DNA of 64,000 nucleotides from a bacterium (GTDB lineage: Bacteria > Hinthialibacterota > Hinthialibacteria > Hinthialibacterales > Hinthialibacteraceae): contig CAXXMV010000006.1 in assembly GCA_963662285.2 (NCBI GenBank), forward strand, positions 1,600,001-1,664,000, written 5' to 3'. Both the position numbers and the translations under genes were made by a program. The notes beneath the pieces were generated by a model. That model did not search any database. It saw nothing but the letters and a program-made list of their open reading frames with translations, and was not told the origin of the DNA. Shown one piece after another: positions 20,876-31,409 of the stretch (positions are counted from its first letter, which is position 1; every line of letters starts with the position of its first letter).

Positions 20876-21020
20876 AACAACCCCCTCTTGAATTCTCCCC
20901 CAACTTGGGGGAGAGGGATTTTGGTATATAACCATTTAGATCGTTTAGACTTAGTTATTGAAAACACTTTGGTTATACATCCCTCTCCCAAGATTGGGAG
21001 AGGTTAGGTGAGGGTTGATA
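20876..21020. repeat. ~145-bp MITE-like element, family C copy 2
   Basis: AACAACCCCCTCTTGAATTCTCCCCCAACTTGGGGGAGAGGGATTTT...CCTCTCCCAAGATTGGGAGAGGTTAGGTGAGGGTTGATA; same orientation as copy 1. Confidence 0.8.
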
Positions 21021-21097
21021 GCGATCACTCTAATAGAATAAAAACTAATGAATCAGTTAAACTTAGCGCATTAAAAAATGAGTATACCAATATTTCA

Positions 21098-21283
21098 TCA
21101 TTCCACCGGAATTTCGAACTTATTTGCTAGCCTTTGCAATACTTCATCTGCTGGACGGCCTTTCCCATGCTTCATAGATTCCAGACCACTTTTGATTCCT
21201 TCGATTGCTTCCAGGTTGGGTAGCAAGGGAAGCGTATTTTCTGCCCTAAATTGAGTTTTCCTTCGAAAATTAATTTTCTTCAT
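21098..21283 (-). pseudogene. Probable remnant of a type II antitoxin (C-terminal half only)
   Basis: EAIEGIKSGLESMKHGKGRPADEVLQRL resembles C-termini of Phd/ParD-like antitoxins; N-terminus does not; no toxin follows. Confidence 0.4.
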
Positions 21284-21289
21284 ATCATC

Positions 21290-21616
21290 CTAATCTTCCA
21301 GAATCAATTTCATGGCCCGTGACAAATAATCCCACTCTTTTTTGTTCTCCTCCAGTACCTTTTCTCCCTTGGGCGTCATCTGATAATTTCGGACAGTTCT
21401 ACCGTTTTTGCTCTGGTCTTCTTCCGAGCAGATCAAGCCAAGTTTTTCCAGTTTGTGCAGGGTAGGGTAGATGGTTCCTTCGGGTAGTGAAAAAACCTTC
21501 AGACTTTTATCTTCGATTCTCCCGATCAATCCATAAGCGTGGCAGGGGCCGTCCGACAAAACGGCCAGGATGATGGTCTTCAAATGGCCTTTCATTAACT
21601 CGCGGTCAAATTTCAT
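21290..21616 (-). CDS. PadR family transcriptional regulator
   Basis: LMKGHL..IILAVL, HAYG, EGTIYPTLHKLE..GLI, R.Y..T.KG. Confidence 0.93.
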   Translation of the reverse strand: MKFDRELMKGHLKTIILAVLSDGPCHAYGLIGRIEDKSLKVFSLPEGTIYPTLHKLEKLGLICSEEDQSKNGRTVRNYQMTPKGEKVLEENKKEWDYLSRAMKLILED

Positions 21617-22227
21617 TTCATATAATCCTTAACAAAAATATCTATCAAATTATAAATCAAAACTCTGTCAAAATAACCACGTTTTTACTGCTACTCTGTA
21701 CACTTTATAATATAAGGGGTTATAATGCAAGGGGTATGTTTCATGATTGTAGGATTTTGGGTTAACTCTTTGTTGATATTAGGTTTATGAAAGAAGGTTT
21801 AAGAAATATGTATTGGTTTTATATGCTCATTTTGATCACAGAAAGACTTTCTGAGGGAGTTTTCAGGCGTTGAAATCCAGTGGATTATGCGGGCATATTG
21901 TTGGAATAAAATATTCTAGAATAGCGTTTGAAAGTTATAATATATCAGGGTATTGCAGGCTCTTTTAATATAGAAATATTGCTCAAAAACAGTGCTGTTT
22001 TCCCTATCCTTGGGATGATATTTTTACCTATTCAGCTTTGATTTTGTGTGGAGAGCGATGAATTAAGGACAAATTTTCTCAGAGTTTTGAGGGAGTTTTC
22101 CAAGGAGTTTTGTGGTTGAACTGGTTGAAAATTTGTTTATCCGGTAATAGTAAATTATGTTTTTACAATGAGTTAATCGCAATAATAAATCCGTGCATTT
22201 ACTGTGCCAAGAGAGGTGATTTGATCG

Positions 22228-23082
22228 ATGGCAATGAGATTTGGAGTGCATGTTTCTATCGCTGGCGGGCTTGCCGAGGGGCTTAAACGGGCGCTGGAGA
22301 TGGGGTGTGATACGGCTCAGTTTTTCCTGATGAATCCGCGGGCATGGAACGCGAAATATTTGACCGATGAGGATGTTCAACGCTTTCTGGAAGTGCGCTA
22401 CAACCAGGCTAAAGGACTTTATCCCCTCATCGCTCACATGCCTTATTTGCCCAATTTAGCGGCGCTAGACGCCGAAATATTCCAAAAGAGCATCAGGAGC
22501 CTTAGGGATAATTTAATGCGCTGTGAGGCGCTTAAAATCGATTTTCTGGTGATGCACATGGGTAAAGGCGATCCCGAAGCCGCTCAGGAGCGCATGCTGG
22601 AAAGATTGAAGCGGGTTTTTGACCAAAAAACCTTTAAAACCTGCCTGCTGTTGGAAAACACTGCTGGCCAGGGAAGAGACATTGGCAGCCAAGTATCTGA
22701 ATTATCTGAGTTTTATGCCAAGATACCTAAAGGAATTTGCAAAGGAATCTGCCTGGATACCTGCCATGCCTTCGCAGCTGGCTATGATCTGAGAAAAAAG
22801 CACGGAGTTTTAAATCTTATCAAAAAATTTGATCAAACAATTGGTTTTGAAGAAGTTAAGTTGATACATCTAAATGATTCCATGAAAGAACTGGGCAGTC
22901 GGGTAGATAGGCACGCCAAAATAGGTCAAGGATGTATTGGAGAGGCTGGATTCAAGGCTTTGCTCTCCACCAGGCGCATAAAGCCGTTGCCCTGCATTTT
23001 AGAGGTTCCTACATCTTCCCCGGAAGATGATATTTACCAATTAAAACTTATCAGAGAACTTTCATCCAGCAGACCTAAGTGA
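22228..23082 (+). CDS. nfo: Endonuclease IV (AP endonuclease)
   Basis: GVHVSIAGG, LLENTAGQG, CLDTCHAFAAGY, HLNDS, DRHA.IG.G. Confidence 0.95.
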   Translation: MAMRFGVHVSIAGGLAEGLKRALEMGCDTAQFFLMNPRAWNAKYLTDEDVQRFLEVRYNQAKGLYPLIAHMPYLPNLAALDAEIFQKSIRSLRDNLMRCEALKIDFLVMHMGKGDPEAAQERMLERLKRVFDQKTFKTCLLLENTAGQGRDIGSQVSELSEFYAKIPKGICKGICLDTCHAFAAGYDLRKKHGVLNLIKKFDQTIGFEEVKLIHLNDSMKELGSRVDRHAKIGQGCIGEAGFKALLSTRRIKPLPCILEVPTSSPEDDIYQLKLIRELSSSRPK

Positions 23083-23785
23083 ATAATCCTAAATTGAACT
23101 TATGAATTTTATCTCAAAAATTGCTTGAATATTTTGACTTCCATAACTTTTCAGAACAATATTAAAAACACTGATAATAGGTATTTGTATAATATTATAA
23201 TGTTTTATATCTTGGATTTTTGCTAACATTTACACGGAATTATGGAATCCGGTTATATGTGATTAAAGTTATAGTAAATTGATCAACTAGCGGATTATTT
23301 TGGTCCAATAATTTTCTTTTATTCGTAATAGCATGTTTTTCAGTGTTTTGCAAACAATATAAAAATATAACATTATAAAAAAATAAAATTATAATAAAGC
23401 ATATCTGGCTTTATAGCATTTATAAATACATAATATTATAAAGATATAAACAATTTTTGGTTTCAGGATGATACTAATAATATATTGAAAGTGGTTTTTT
23501 GTAAGAAAATGATTTCTGGCCGCTATACAGAAAAAAATAGATAAGCTTAAGATTGTATAGAGGGGATAACATTTTTTTGACTTAGGTTCAATTTTCAATA
23601 GGGCGGCGGATATCAACCTTAACAAAGAACATTAAGCGTTAATATTCGCGATTTTTCATGGAAAATATATTTGATAGAACGAAAAATAAATATTTTTTTT
23701 AATTTAATCAATTAAAATGATTGGCATTGATATTCGAGGACTCAAGAGAGAGAATTAAGACTCATTTCTATATCAAGGGAAATCA

Positions 23786-24928
23786 ATGATGAAAATTAAA
23801 CAACTCTTCTTCGCCGGATCATTTTTGCTGGCCGCATCCATTATCTCTTTTGCAAGTGAATCTGAAAAACCTTTCAAAGCGCTGTTCAATTATGAAAATC
23901 TGGATGGGTGGGTAATTGAACATGGCGATGCTTCGACTTTTGTAGTGGAAAAAGGAACCATTAAAAGTACTGAGAAAACAGGATATCCCGCCTGGCTGCG
24001 TACTGAAAGAACCTACGAGAATTATGATTTACGATTTGAATTCTTGATGGAGGGGTGGTGCAGCAGTGGTTTGCTGTTTAATGCCCCGCTGCATGGAAGA
24101 CTCTCGCGGGTTGGATTTGAGTATCAGATATATCACGACCGGAAAGATCATTTGACTGATTATCTCTGCGGCGCCATCTTTGGAGTGCTGCCTCCACTCA
24201 AAAACGCCGTGCGTGGCGCCAATGAATGGAATTCTGGCCGTGTATTAATGGACTGGCCTAGTTTGAAGATGTGGCTTAATGGTGAATTGATCCAGGATAT
24301 TAACATAGAAGAGCATGAAGAATTGAAATATCGTTTACGGCAAGGATATATCGGCATCCAGGATGTCGGTTATAAAGCGTGGTTCCGAAATATTCGCATT
24401 CGTGAACTTTCTTCTAAAGAGAAATGGATTAACTTATTTAATGGCAAGAACTTTGATGGCTGGTATGAAGAGGGTAAAGGCGCCATCTGGTCAGTTCGTG
24501 ATGGCGTAATGCATGCCGAAGATAGCACTAGTTATATGGTGACCAAGGATGAGTTTGAAGATTTCGATTTTCATTGCTACGTCCGTACCGCTCCCAATGC
24601 CAATGGAGGAATCTTTTTCAGGTGGAAAGAGCTGGAAAGCGGGGATCGCGGTAATGAAGTGCAGATAGAAAATCTGCCCGATTCTCCCCATCCCACTGGC
24701 AGCCTGTATAATATCGTCAGAGCTAAAATTCCTTATTATGAAAATGAAGAGTGGTTTCCCATGCAAATTCGCGTTGAGGGATCGCATATAGTGATTCGCG
24801 TCAATGGCGAAACCACAGTTGACTATAATGATTTGACTAACATTCGTCCGGGTCATATATCACTTCAAATGCATCATCATAATAAATGGGTTGAGTGGAA
24901 AGACCTTAAGATAAAGAAATTGAAATAA
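23786..24928 (+). CDS. Secreted tandem DUF1080 (3-keto-glycoside hydrolase-like) protein
   Basis: Signal peptide; two LFNG..LDGW ... G.I.LQ..H ... FRNIRI repeats. Confidence 0.88.
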   Translation: MMKIKQLFFAGSFLLAASIISFASESEKPFKALFNYENLDGWVIEHGDASTFVVEKGTIKSTEKTGYPAWLRTERTYENYDLRFEFLMEGWCSSGLLFNAPLHGRLSRVGFEYQIYHDRKDHLTDYLCGAIFGVLPPLKNAVRGANEWNSGRVLMDWPSLKMWLNGELIQDINIEEHEELKYRLRQGYIGIQDVGYKAWFRNIRIRELSSKEKWINLFNGKNFDGWYEEGKGAIWSVRDGVMHAEDSTSYMVTKDEFEDFDFHCYVRTAPNANGGIFFRWKELESGDRGNEVQIENLPDSPHPTGSLYNIVRAKIPYYENEEWFPMQIRVEGSHIVIRVNGETTVDYNDLTNIRPGHISLQMHHHNKWVEWKDLKIKKLK

Positions 24929-24945
24929 TTAAGAGAGTACTTGTT

Positions 24946-26337
24946 ATGCGCGGATATTCTGAGTCTTTATTAAGTCGTCTGATAACGCCTGATATTGAAA
25001 AGATGCTTGCGGAGAAGAATTTCAAAGATCTTCGCGAAGCGTTGATTGAGTTAGATCCCGTAGATATCGCTGAATCTATTAACGTCCTTACTCCAGAAGA
25101 ACGTACGGTTGTTTTTCGCATTCTTCCAAGGAGTATAAGCGCTGACGTATTCGAGCAGCTCCCCTTTACTGAGCAGGAGGAAATCCTTGTATCTATGGGC
25201 CGGGAGCAGGTGGCAGGCATCCTTAATGAAATGGATCCTGATGACCGTACCCAATTCCTGGAAGAACTGCCTGGAAAAGTAACTCGACGACTTCTTGAAC
25301 TTTTGACTCCAGAAGAACGCTCGGTGGCGGTAAATCTGCTAGGATATCCTGAAGAATCCATCGGGAGGATGATGACGCCTGAGTATCTGGCCATCCATAA
25401 GGATTGGACGGTAAAGGAAACATTGGCGTTTATCAGGAAGAGCGGACATGACAAAGAGACCATTAATATACTATACGTCCTGGATGACCATGATGAATTA
25501 ATTGCATACCTGAAAATCCGCTCGCTTATTTTCGAGAATCCCAAAGAACATATCCGGGAAATTATGAATACTCAGGTTATCGCTTTGCATGCATTCGATG
25601 ATCAGGAAACTGCATCCGAGGCTATGATGCGTTATGATTTACCGGTTCTTCCGGTAGTTGATTCTGATGGCACCCTGGTAGGTATTGTTACTTCGGATGA
25701 CGTATTGGATGTAATTGTTGAAGAGACCACCGAAGATATTCATAAAATGGGTGGTATGGCCGCTTTGGAGGAGCCATATTTTCATGCATCGTTCTTTACC
25801 TTGGTTCAGAAACGCGCCGGGTGGCTTTTTGTACTATTTCTTGGCGCAATGCTTATCGTTACGGTGTTGGAGAAGTTTGATGGCGTTATCCAGAAATTTG
25901 TGATTTTAACCTTTTTTCTTCCCCTGGTTATCAGCAGCGGAGGAAACTCAGGTAGTCAGGCGGCTACATTGGTGATTCGCGCGTTAGCTGTGCAGGATAT
26001 TACTCTGAAAGATTGGTTTAGAGTATTTTTACGTGAGTTGCTCAGCGGATTAATGCTGGGGGCTTTCCTGAGTGGAATCATTCTACTGCGCATTATTGTA
26101 TGGCCTCCTGAAAATTCAGCAGTTCCTTTTTTTCAACTGGCTCAGATCGTAACCCTATCGGTAGCTGCGGTGGTAGTTTGCGGAACATTGATAGGATCCA
26201 TGCTGCCTTTCATGCTGCATGCATTACGGTTTGATCCGGCTTTATCTTCAACGCCGCTAGTAGCGACGATTTGTGATACTATAGGTGTTTTTATATATTA
26301 CACCTTGTCAATGCTTATTTTACGTGGTTTATCCTGA
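24946..26337 (+). CDS. mgtE: Magnesium transporter MgtE
   Basis: N-domain, YPEESIGRMMT, CBS pair, GGNSGSQAATLVIRALA, DPALSSTP. Confidence 0.96.
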   Translation: MRGYSESLLSRLITPDIEKMLAEKNFKDLREALIELDPVDIAESINVLTPEERTVVFRILPRSISADVFEQLPFTEQEEILVSMGREQVAGILNEMDPDDRTQFLEELPGKVTRRLLELLTPEERSVAVNLLGYPEESIGRMMTPEYLAIHKDWTVKETLAFIRKSGHDKETINILYVLDDHDELIAYLKIRSLIFENPKEHIREIMNTQVIALHAFDDQETASEAMMRYDLPVLPVVDSDGTLVGIVTSDDVLDVIVEETTEDIHKMGGMAALEEPYFHASFFTLVQKRAGWLFVLFLGAMLIVTVLEKFDGVIQKFVILTFFLPLVISSGGNSGSQAATLVIRALAVQDITLKDWFRVFLRELLSGLMLGAFLSGIILLRIIVWPPENSAVPFFQLAQIVTLSVAAVVVCGTLIGSMLPFMLHALRFDPALSSTPLVATICDTIGVFIYYTLSMLILRGLS

Positions 26338-26369
26338 TTAATAAGTTTAAGTTATTTGTAATATTTATC

Positions 26370-27353
26370 TCAGTGAATTTCCCAATCAGATATTACCGTT
26401 TCACCGAATACGCTCCAAGTTTGGCCGTTCCATTCCCACAAGTCTTCCAGATAGGTTGAATCTGCTCCATCTTCGCTCATTACCTCGCCGCCGAATAATA
26501 TGGCTGTTTGACGATTGACGTCATAACCCAGAGCGAAGAAACCACGTTCTGGAGTTGTGGGTGAATTCTGCGGCGCCAGTTTCGACCAGTCAGCGCCATC
26601 CCAGGACCATGTTTCTCCCTGGCCGTAGACTAATGCTACTGAACGCGCTTCATCATAGGTCATAGTGAATTGGCCGGATTCGTACGATGGGCTGTTGGAG
26701 GGATATTTTTGCAACCAACCATTGTTATTCCATACCCATGTCTCATGGCCATTGAACCAGACGCCTTCTTTTCTGGCGGAATCATAGACGAAACCAACGT
26801 CCGCAAAGGCTCCAGGGGCTGGATCAACGGTCTGTTCAACCCATCCGTTATCATCAAGAATATAGGTTTTACTGTTACTGGCGTCATCTGGAGACCAACT
26901 CATGGCGGCGAAATAGAGTATGATCTCTTGAGTATCAGGAAGGTAGATCATTTCCGGATCAAATCCATATTCGGAAGTGAGAGGATCAGCTATTTTAATC
27001 CAGCTGTTTCCATCAAATGACCAAGTGGATTTATCCGGGCTGGCGCCTCCCATAACGATTAATCTTGAATTAGCTTCGTCGTAGACTGCGCTTGTATGCG
27101 CTACTCCTTCTGGCATATCGGGCATTTGAGACCAGCCAGAAGCGTTAAGCGACCAGACTTCGGGGGATTGCTCCCAATCCGGAGGTCCCCAACCGCCGAA
27201 TGTAAGCAATGATTCCATTGGAGGATAATAAAACAGGCCGCCATCAATGCGCTGGGTTGGTTGTGATGCTGCGGGAAAGCAAAATGCCGTGACTATAGAG
27301 GCAATTAGGAGTGTTTTTACAATTTTGAAATTTTTACTTAATCGTTTTTTCAT
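26370..27353 (-). CDS. Secreted Kelch-like beta-propeller protein; C-terminal DW motif
   Basis: Repeats of YD..R...V.FGG...TW.WDG..W; signal peptide; ends TVISDWEIH. Confidence 0.82.
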   Translation of the reverse strand: MKKRLSKNFKIVKTLLIASIVTAFCFPAASQPTQRIDGGLFYYPPMESLLTFGGWGPPDWEQSPEVWSLNASGWSQMPDMPEGVAHTSAVYDEANSRLIVMGGASPDKSTWSFDGNSWIKIADPLTSEYGFDPEMIYLPDTQEIILYFAAMSWSPDDASNSKTYILDDNGWVEQTVDPAPGAFADVGFVYDSARKEGVWFNGHETWVWNNNGWLQKYPSNSPSYESGQFTMTYDEARSVALVYGQGETWSWDGADWSKLAPQNSPTTPERGFFALGYDVNRQTAILFGGEVMSEDGADSTYLEDLWEWNGQTWSVFGETVISDWEIH

Positions 27354-27704
27354 TGACTTTTCTCCTGTTTGTGCAATAAAAATATGATTCTTTTTAATAT
27401 ATTAAAGTGTTTTTTAATTGAAATCATTTATTATTTAATTATTTCTTCTTTTTTTTAACAAGTGTGGTTGGATGATTTTTATATGATTTTCGCGTAATTT
27501 GGTTGTTTTGACATTCCTTGCATCTATCGATGATCAGAATGTTTATATGTTTGTTTTTATTACCATAATAGGCCTTAAATTCTGAAAATCATGCGATATA
27601 AAACACGATAAAAGTAATAAAAAAAAATAAAATAAAAAAAAAATCAAAAGCTGGTAAACGCTACTTGACAGAAAGGGCGTCTCAAAGTTGAATATGCATC
27701 GCTT

Positions 27705-27777
<73 letters not shown>

Positions 27778-28014
27778 CATTTCTTCCCCCCTTTGTTGAT
27801 TTTCACGGTTTAATTCCCCCAAGTTTATAATAATTATAGTATAAATTTTTATTGTAACTTTTTGAGTGAACTTATGTTGATCTTTTGATCGTAATTCATA
27901 TAAAATCCTGAGAATCCACTTTATCCAGATTCAGACAAAAACACTGAACTTATCACCATATATCCGTCCTCATAACATGTTGCCCTTGGTTTTATCGTGA
28001 AAAATAGTTGTAGA

Positions 28015-28035
28015 GTACATACAAATTGTATATAC
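28015..28035. promoter_or_regulatory. Imperfect palindrome GTACATACAAATTGTATATAC, candidate BrnA autorepression operator
   Basis: Inverted repeat immediately upstream of the brnT start. Confidence 0.5.
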
Positions 28036-28043
28036 TTATAATT

Positions 28044-28337
28044 ATGAAATTTGAATGGGACGAAAAGAAGAACCGTTTAAACCAGCAGAAACACGGTCTT
28101 AGTTTCGACGAGGCGCAAGAGATTTTTGAAGGGCCTGTTTTAACCTGGGCAGAGAATCGTCAGGAATACGGAGAAATCCGGGAAATTAGTATTGACGCTA
28201 TTGAAGAAGTTCTTGTAGTTGTTGTTATTCACACGAAACGTGAAGAAAGAGTTCGAATTATTTCAGCCCGTAGGGCCAAACAAACCGAAAGAAGGAAATA
28301 TTATGCCTATATCGAAAAAACGCTTGGAAGAAATTAA
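28044..28337 (+). CDS. brnT: BrnT family ribonuclease toxin
   Basis: MKFEWDEKKN..N..KHGLSF, YGE.R, RIISARRA. Confidence 0.92.
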   Translation: MKFEWDEKKNRLNQQKHGLSFDEAQEIFEGPVLTWAENRQEYGEIREISIDAIEEVLVVVVIHTKREERVRIISARRAKQTERRKYYAYIEKTLGRN

Positions 28338-28560
28338 AGCCATGCGTGATAAGGATATAGATACTTCTGATATCCCGGAACTGGATGATCTTTTTTGGGA
28401 TAATGCGGAGTTGGTTATGCCCCAGCCGAAACCTTCTATTTCATTGCGGATTGAACCGGAGGTTTTGGATTGGTTCAAATCTTTTGGCCGGGGATACCAA
28501 ACTCGTATGAACGCTGTTTTACGCTCATATATGGAAACCCATAGAGAAAAGCATTCATAA
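28303..28560 (+). CDS. brnA: BrnA family antitoxin
   Basis: ATG 28303; IDTSDIPEL, ISLRI..EVLDWFK..G.GYQTRMN.VLR.Y. Confidence 0.92.
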   Translation: MPISKKRLEEIKAMRDKDIDTSDIPELDDLFWDNAELVMPQPKPSISLRIEPEVLDWFKSFGRGYQTRMNAVLRSYMETHREKHS

Positions 28561-28631
28561 CCGAATGATGATATGCTGTTTATTTCTACCCACTATCCAC
28601 TATCCACTCAAATAAACCCTGGAAATCATAG

Positions 28632-28665
28632 TTGACATTATGTTCAATATGCTTATAATGAACAT
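28632..28665 (+). promoter_or_regulatory. Sigma-70 promoter of umuDC overlapped by inverted repeat ATGTTCA-N12-TGAACAT
   Basis: TTGACA 28632-28637, TATAAT 28654-28659 (16-bp spacer); repeat arms 28640-28646 and 28659-28665. Confidence 0.7.
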
Positions 28666-28716
28666 GCGTTTACTTTTATTTGATTTTTACGTTATTTTGG
28701 CTATTGGAGATGCAGT

Positions 28717-29139
28717 GTGGAACGATCTTGTTTGGCGCATGTAATTAATAAGGAGTTTGCGCTTCCTTTGGTGGGATCGCGGGTGGAGGCAGGGTTTCCC
28801 TCTCCGGCGGATGATTATGTGGAGAAGAGCCTGGATCTGAATGAATATCTGGTTCGCAACTCGGCGGCGACCTTTTTTGTGCGGGCGTCGGGCGATTCGA
28901 TGATCGACGCCGGGATTCATCATGGCGATATTTTGATTGTGGATCGCTCGATAGAGGCTGAATCAGGCCGGGTGGTCATCGCCGTGGTGGATGGAGATAT
29001 GCTGGTAAAGCGTCTGCGGAAATTGCAGGGCGGTCTGATGCTGTTGTCGGAAAATGAGAATGAACCGCCTATACGCATCACGGGCGACACGGAATTCAGC
29101 GTTTGGGGGGTGGTTACCTGTGTGCTCCATTCATTGTAG
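28717..29139 (+). CDS. umuD: DNA polymerase V subunit UmuD (S24 peptidase)
   Basis: AGFPSPADDY, LDLNEYLV, GDSMIDAGI..GD.LIVDRS, VKRL. Confidence 0.95.
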   Translation: MERSCLAHVINKEFALPLVGSRVEAGFPSPADDYVEKSLDLNEYLVRNSAATFFVRASGDSMIDAGIHHGDILIVDRSIEAESGRVVIAVVDGDMLVKRLRKLQGGLMLLSENENEPPIRITGDTEFSVWGVVTCVLHSL

Positions 29140-30487
29140 TCCCGGCGCCTGGAAGGACTCTAAAGAGGCGCTTCATCTATCCTCTCCAACCGGAGGCCGG
29201 GGGCCGGTTCTGGCGCTGGTTGATTGCAACAATTTCTATGTATCCTGCGAGCGGGTGTTTCAGCCCAATTTGGAAGGTAAGGCGGTGGTGGTGTTATCGA
29301 ACAATGATGGCTGCGTAATCGCCCGTTCCAACGAATCAAAGGCGCTGGGGTTGAAACTGGGCGACCCGTTTTTTAAGGTGGAGCCTTTTCTGCGCAGAGC
29401 CGGGGTCAAGTATTTCTCATCGAATTACAGTTTATATGGAGATTTTTCCCATAGGGTCATGGCGACTCTGGCGCAGTTTGCGCCGCAGATTGAGGTTTAT
29501 TCCATAGATGAGGCCTTTTTGAACCTGACGGGCATGGTTAAGCGGGGTCAATTGCAGGATGAGGCGTTGGTCGAGTATGGGCGGGAGATTCGTGAGACGG
29601 TTAAACAGTGGACTGGAATTCCGGTTTCGGTTGGCATCGCCGAAACCAAGACGTTGGCCAAAATCGCCAACCGCATCGCCAAGCGATCCAAGACGCTTAA
29701 CGGGGTTTTTGATATCCGTCTGGCGGCTGACCGTGATGCAATTCTGGAGGAGATCGAGGTGGGCGATGTATGGGGCATAGGTTCGCGGTATGCGCGTCGT
29801 CTGCGGGGACGCGGCGTCAACAACGCGCGGCAGCTGCGCGATGCGGATGAACTGTGGATTCAAAAAAAGATGGCTATGGGGGTGGTGGGGGTTCGTCTGG
29901 TGCTGGAACTGCGCGGGATTCCCTGTATGCCGCTCGACCTTTCTCCCGGACCGAAGAAGGGAATTGCATGTTCCCGGTCGTTCGGTCGGCCTATCGAGAA
30001 GCAGGAAGACCTGCGGGCGGCCACAGCGGCCTACGTCAGCCGGGCGGCGGTAAAACTGCGCGGCCAGAATTCGCTGGTCAAAACCATGAGCGTCTACGTC
30101 ATGACCAATCCCTTCAAGAACGAGCCGCAGTATTATAACTCGGCTCAGGTGCAGTTTGCCACGCCGACATCCAGCACTCCAGAGATGATCAAACATGCGC
30201 TGAAGGCTCTGGACGCCATCTACCGTCCGGGATACCGCTACAAGAAAACCGGGGTGGTGCTGATGGAATTAGTCCCCGCGACGTTCTATCAACCCGACCT
30301 GTTCGATTCGACTGACCGTGAAAGCAGCGCGAAACTGATGAAAATCATGGACCGCATCAACGCCCGCATGGGCGCCGATACCCTGCGATACGCCACATGC
30401 GCCGCCAACCCCGAACGCTGGCAAATGCGCCGCAAATTTGTAACGCCTTCTTATACTACCAGCTGGCAGGATTTGTGTTGGGTTTGA
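29120..30487 (+). CDS. umuC: Y-family DNA polymerase V subunit UmuC
   Basis: LVDCNNFYVSCERVF, VLSNNDGC, YSIDEAF, C-terminal W.MRR...TP.YTT.W; start uncertain (in-frame GTG 29120 overlapping the umuD end; ORF track gives 29054). Confidence 0.93.
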   Translation: MCSIHCSPGAWKDSKEALHLSSPTGGRGPVLALVDCNNFYVSCERVFQPNLEGKAVVVLSNNDGCVIARSNESKALGLKLGDPFFKVEPFLRRAGVKYFSSNYSLYGDFSHRVMATLAQFAPQIEVYSIDEAFLNLTGMVKRGQLQDEALVEYGREIRETVKQWTGIPVSVGIAETKTLAKIANRIAKRSKTLNGVFDIRLAADRDAILEEIEVGDVWGIGSRYARRLRGRGVNNARQLRDADELWIQKKMAMGVVGVRLVLELRGIPCMPLDLSPGPKKGIACSRSFGRPIEKQEDLRAATAAYVSRAAVKLRGQNSLVKTMSVYVMTNPFKNEPQYYNSAQVQFATPTSSTPEMIKHALKALDAIYRPGYRYKKTGVVLMELVPATFYQPDLFDSTDRESSAKLMKIMDRINARMGADTLRYATCAANPERWQMRRKFVTPSYTTSWQDLCWV

Positions 30488-30551
30488 TGGGGGATAGAAT
30501 TATGATCTGGTTTTTGAGATAAATAAGGGAAATGGAAAAGGGGGAAGAAAA

Positions 30552-31232
30552 ATGAGGGTAAGAAAACTATATAAATATGTTAAAGCGGATATTTGTCAAA
30601 AGATATTGAATAATGGCACGATTCGTTTTACTCCGCCTAATGAATTTAATGATCCGTTTGAATTGTTGCCAGCAAAAAAAGAGTACACTTATGAGATGAA
30701 TAAAAAGTTTCAAGACTATGCTAGCAGAAAAATAGGCATATTGTCACTTACTGAAAAGAGAAATGATTTGGTTATGTGGTCGCATTACGCCCATGATCAT
30801 AAAGGTGTAGTTATAGAGTTCAGTGTTAATAATGAATTTATGAATATACATGATTTTGGAAATAAAGAAGCAACATGCCAAAAGGTTAAATATGAAGAGA
30901 AACGCTGTTGGGCTCCTGATGAATGGAATCAAAAAGAAAAATATGATTTTATTCTCAAACTTGGGATAACGAAAAGTACATATTGGGAAAACGAAAAAGA
31001 GTGGAGAGGTTTTTGTGAAATTGAATCTAAGAATAATTCATATTTGATAAAATTTCCTCCAAAGATTATTACCGGAATTATCTATGGATGTAGGATTGAT
31101 GAGAAAAAGAAAAAGGAAATATCTGATATTATTAAACAAAACCAAAAATATTCTAGGATAAAAGAATATCAAGCAGAGATTCATGATTGTGAATATAAAC
31201 TGAGTATCAAGCCTATGGTTAAGACATGTTGA
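30552..31232 (+). CDS. DUF2971 domain protein
   Basis: LYKY, FNDPFE, MWSHYA..HKGVVIEF, K...W..EKEWR; AT-rich. Confidence 0.85.
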   Translation: MRVRKLYKYVKADICQKILNNGTIRFTPPNEFNDPFELLPAKKEYTYEMNKKFQDYASRKIGILSLTEKRNDLVMWSHYAHDHKGVVIEFSVNNEFMNIHDFGNKEATCQKVKYEEKRCWAPDEWNQKEKYDFILKLGITKSTYWENEKEWRGFCEIESKNNSYLIKFPPKIITGIIYGCRIDEKKKKEISDIIKQNQKYSRIKEYQAEIHDCEYKLSIKPMVKTC

Positions 31233-31233
31233 T

Positions 31234-31275
31234 AATCATTGATTCGGTGTGTCGAAAAGACGCGATCCACCCTAT
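31234..31275. repeat. REP family B unit (GGTGGGTCGAAAA.ACGCGATCCACCCTAC type)
   Basis: Near-identical ~42 bp recurs at 32277-32318; related units at 56251-56335 and 59172-59200. Confidence 0.75.
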
Positions 31276-31409
31276 GGGGGCTGCTATTGGTTCGATTTAA
31301 TATATATTATGGTTTATGATAATCCCCGTTTAATTTTGTTGAAAAATGTTATAATTAAATTGTACTCATCATTAATGAAATAGAATATTATCCCAGGAGG
31401 TGATGAGTC

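Noticed and set aside
22082-22111. Three GAGTTTT repeats at 11-12-bp spacing upstream of nfo
   Set aside because: Too short and T-rich to distinguish from chance.
23389-23625. 78-aa ORF in AT-rich intergenic DNA
   Set aside because: Low-complexity I/K/F/Y composition, no RBS or family; likely spurious.
28591-28608. CCACTAT tandem repeat resembling DnaA boxes
   Set aside because: Does not match TTATCCACA and there is no origin context.
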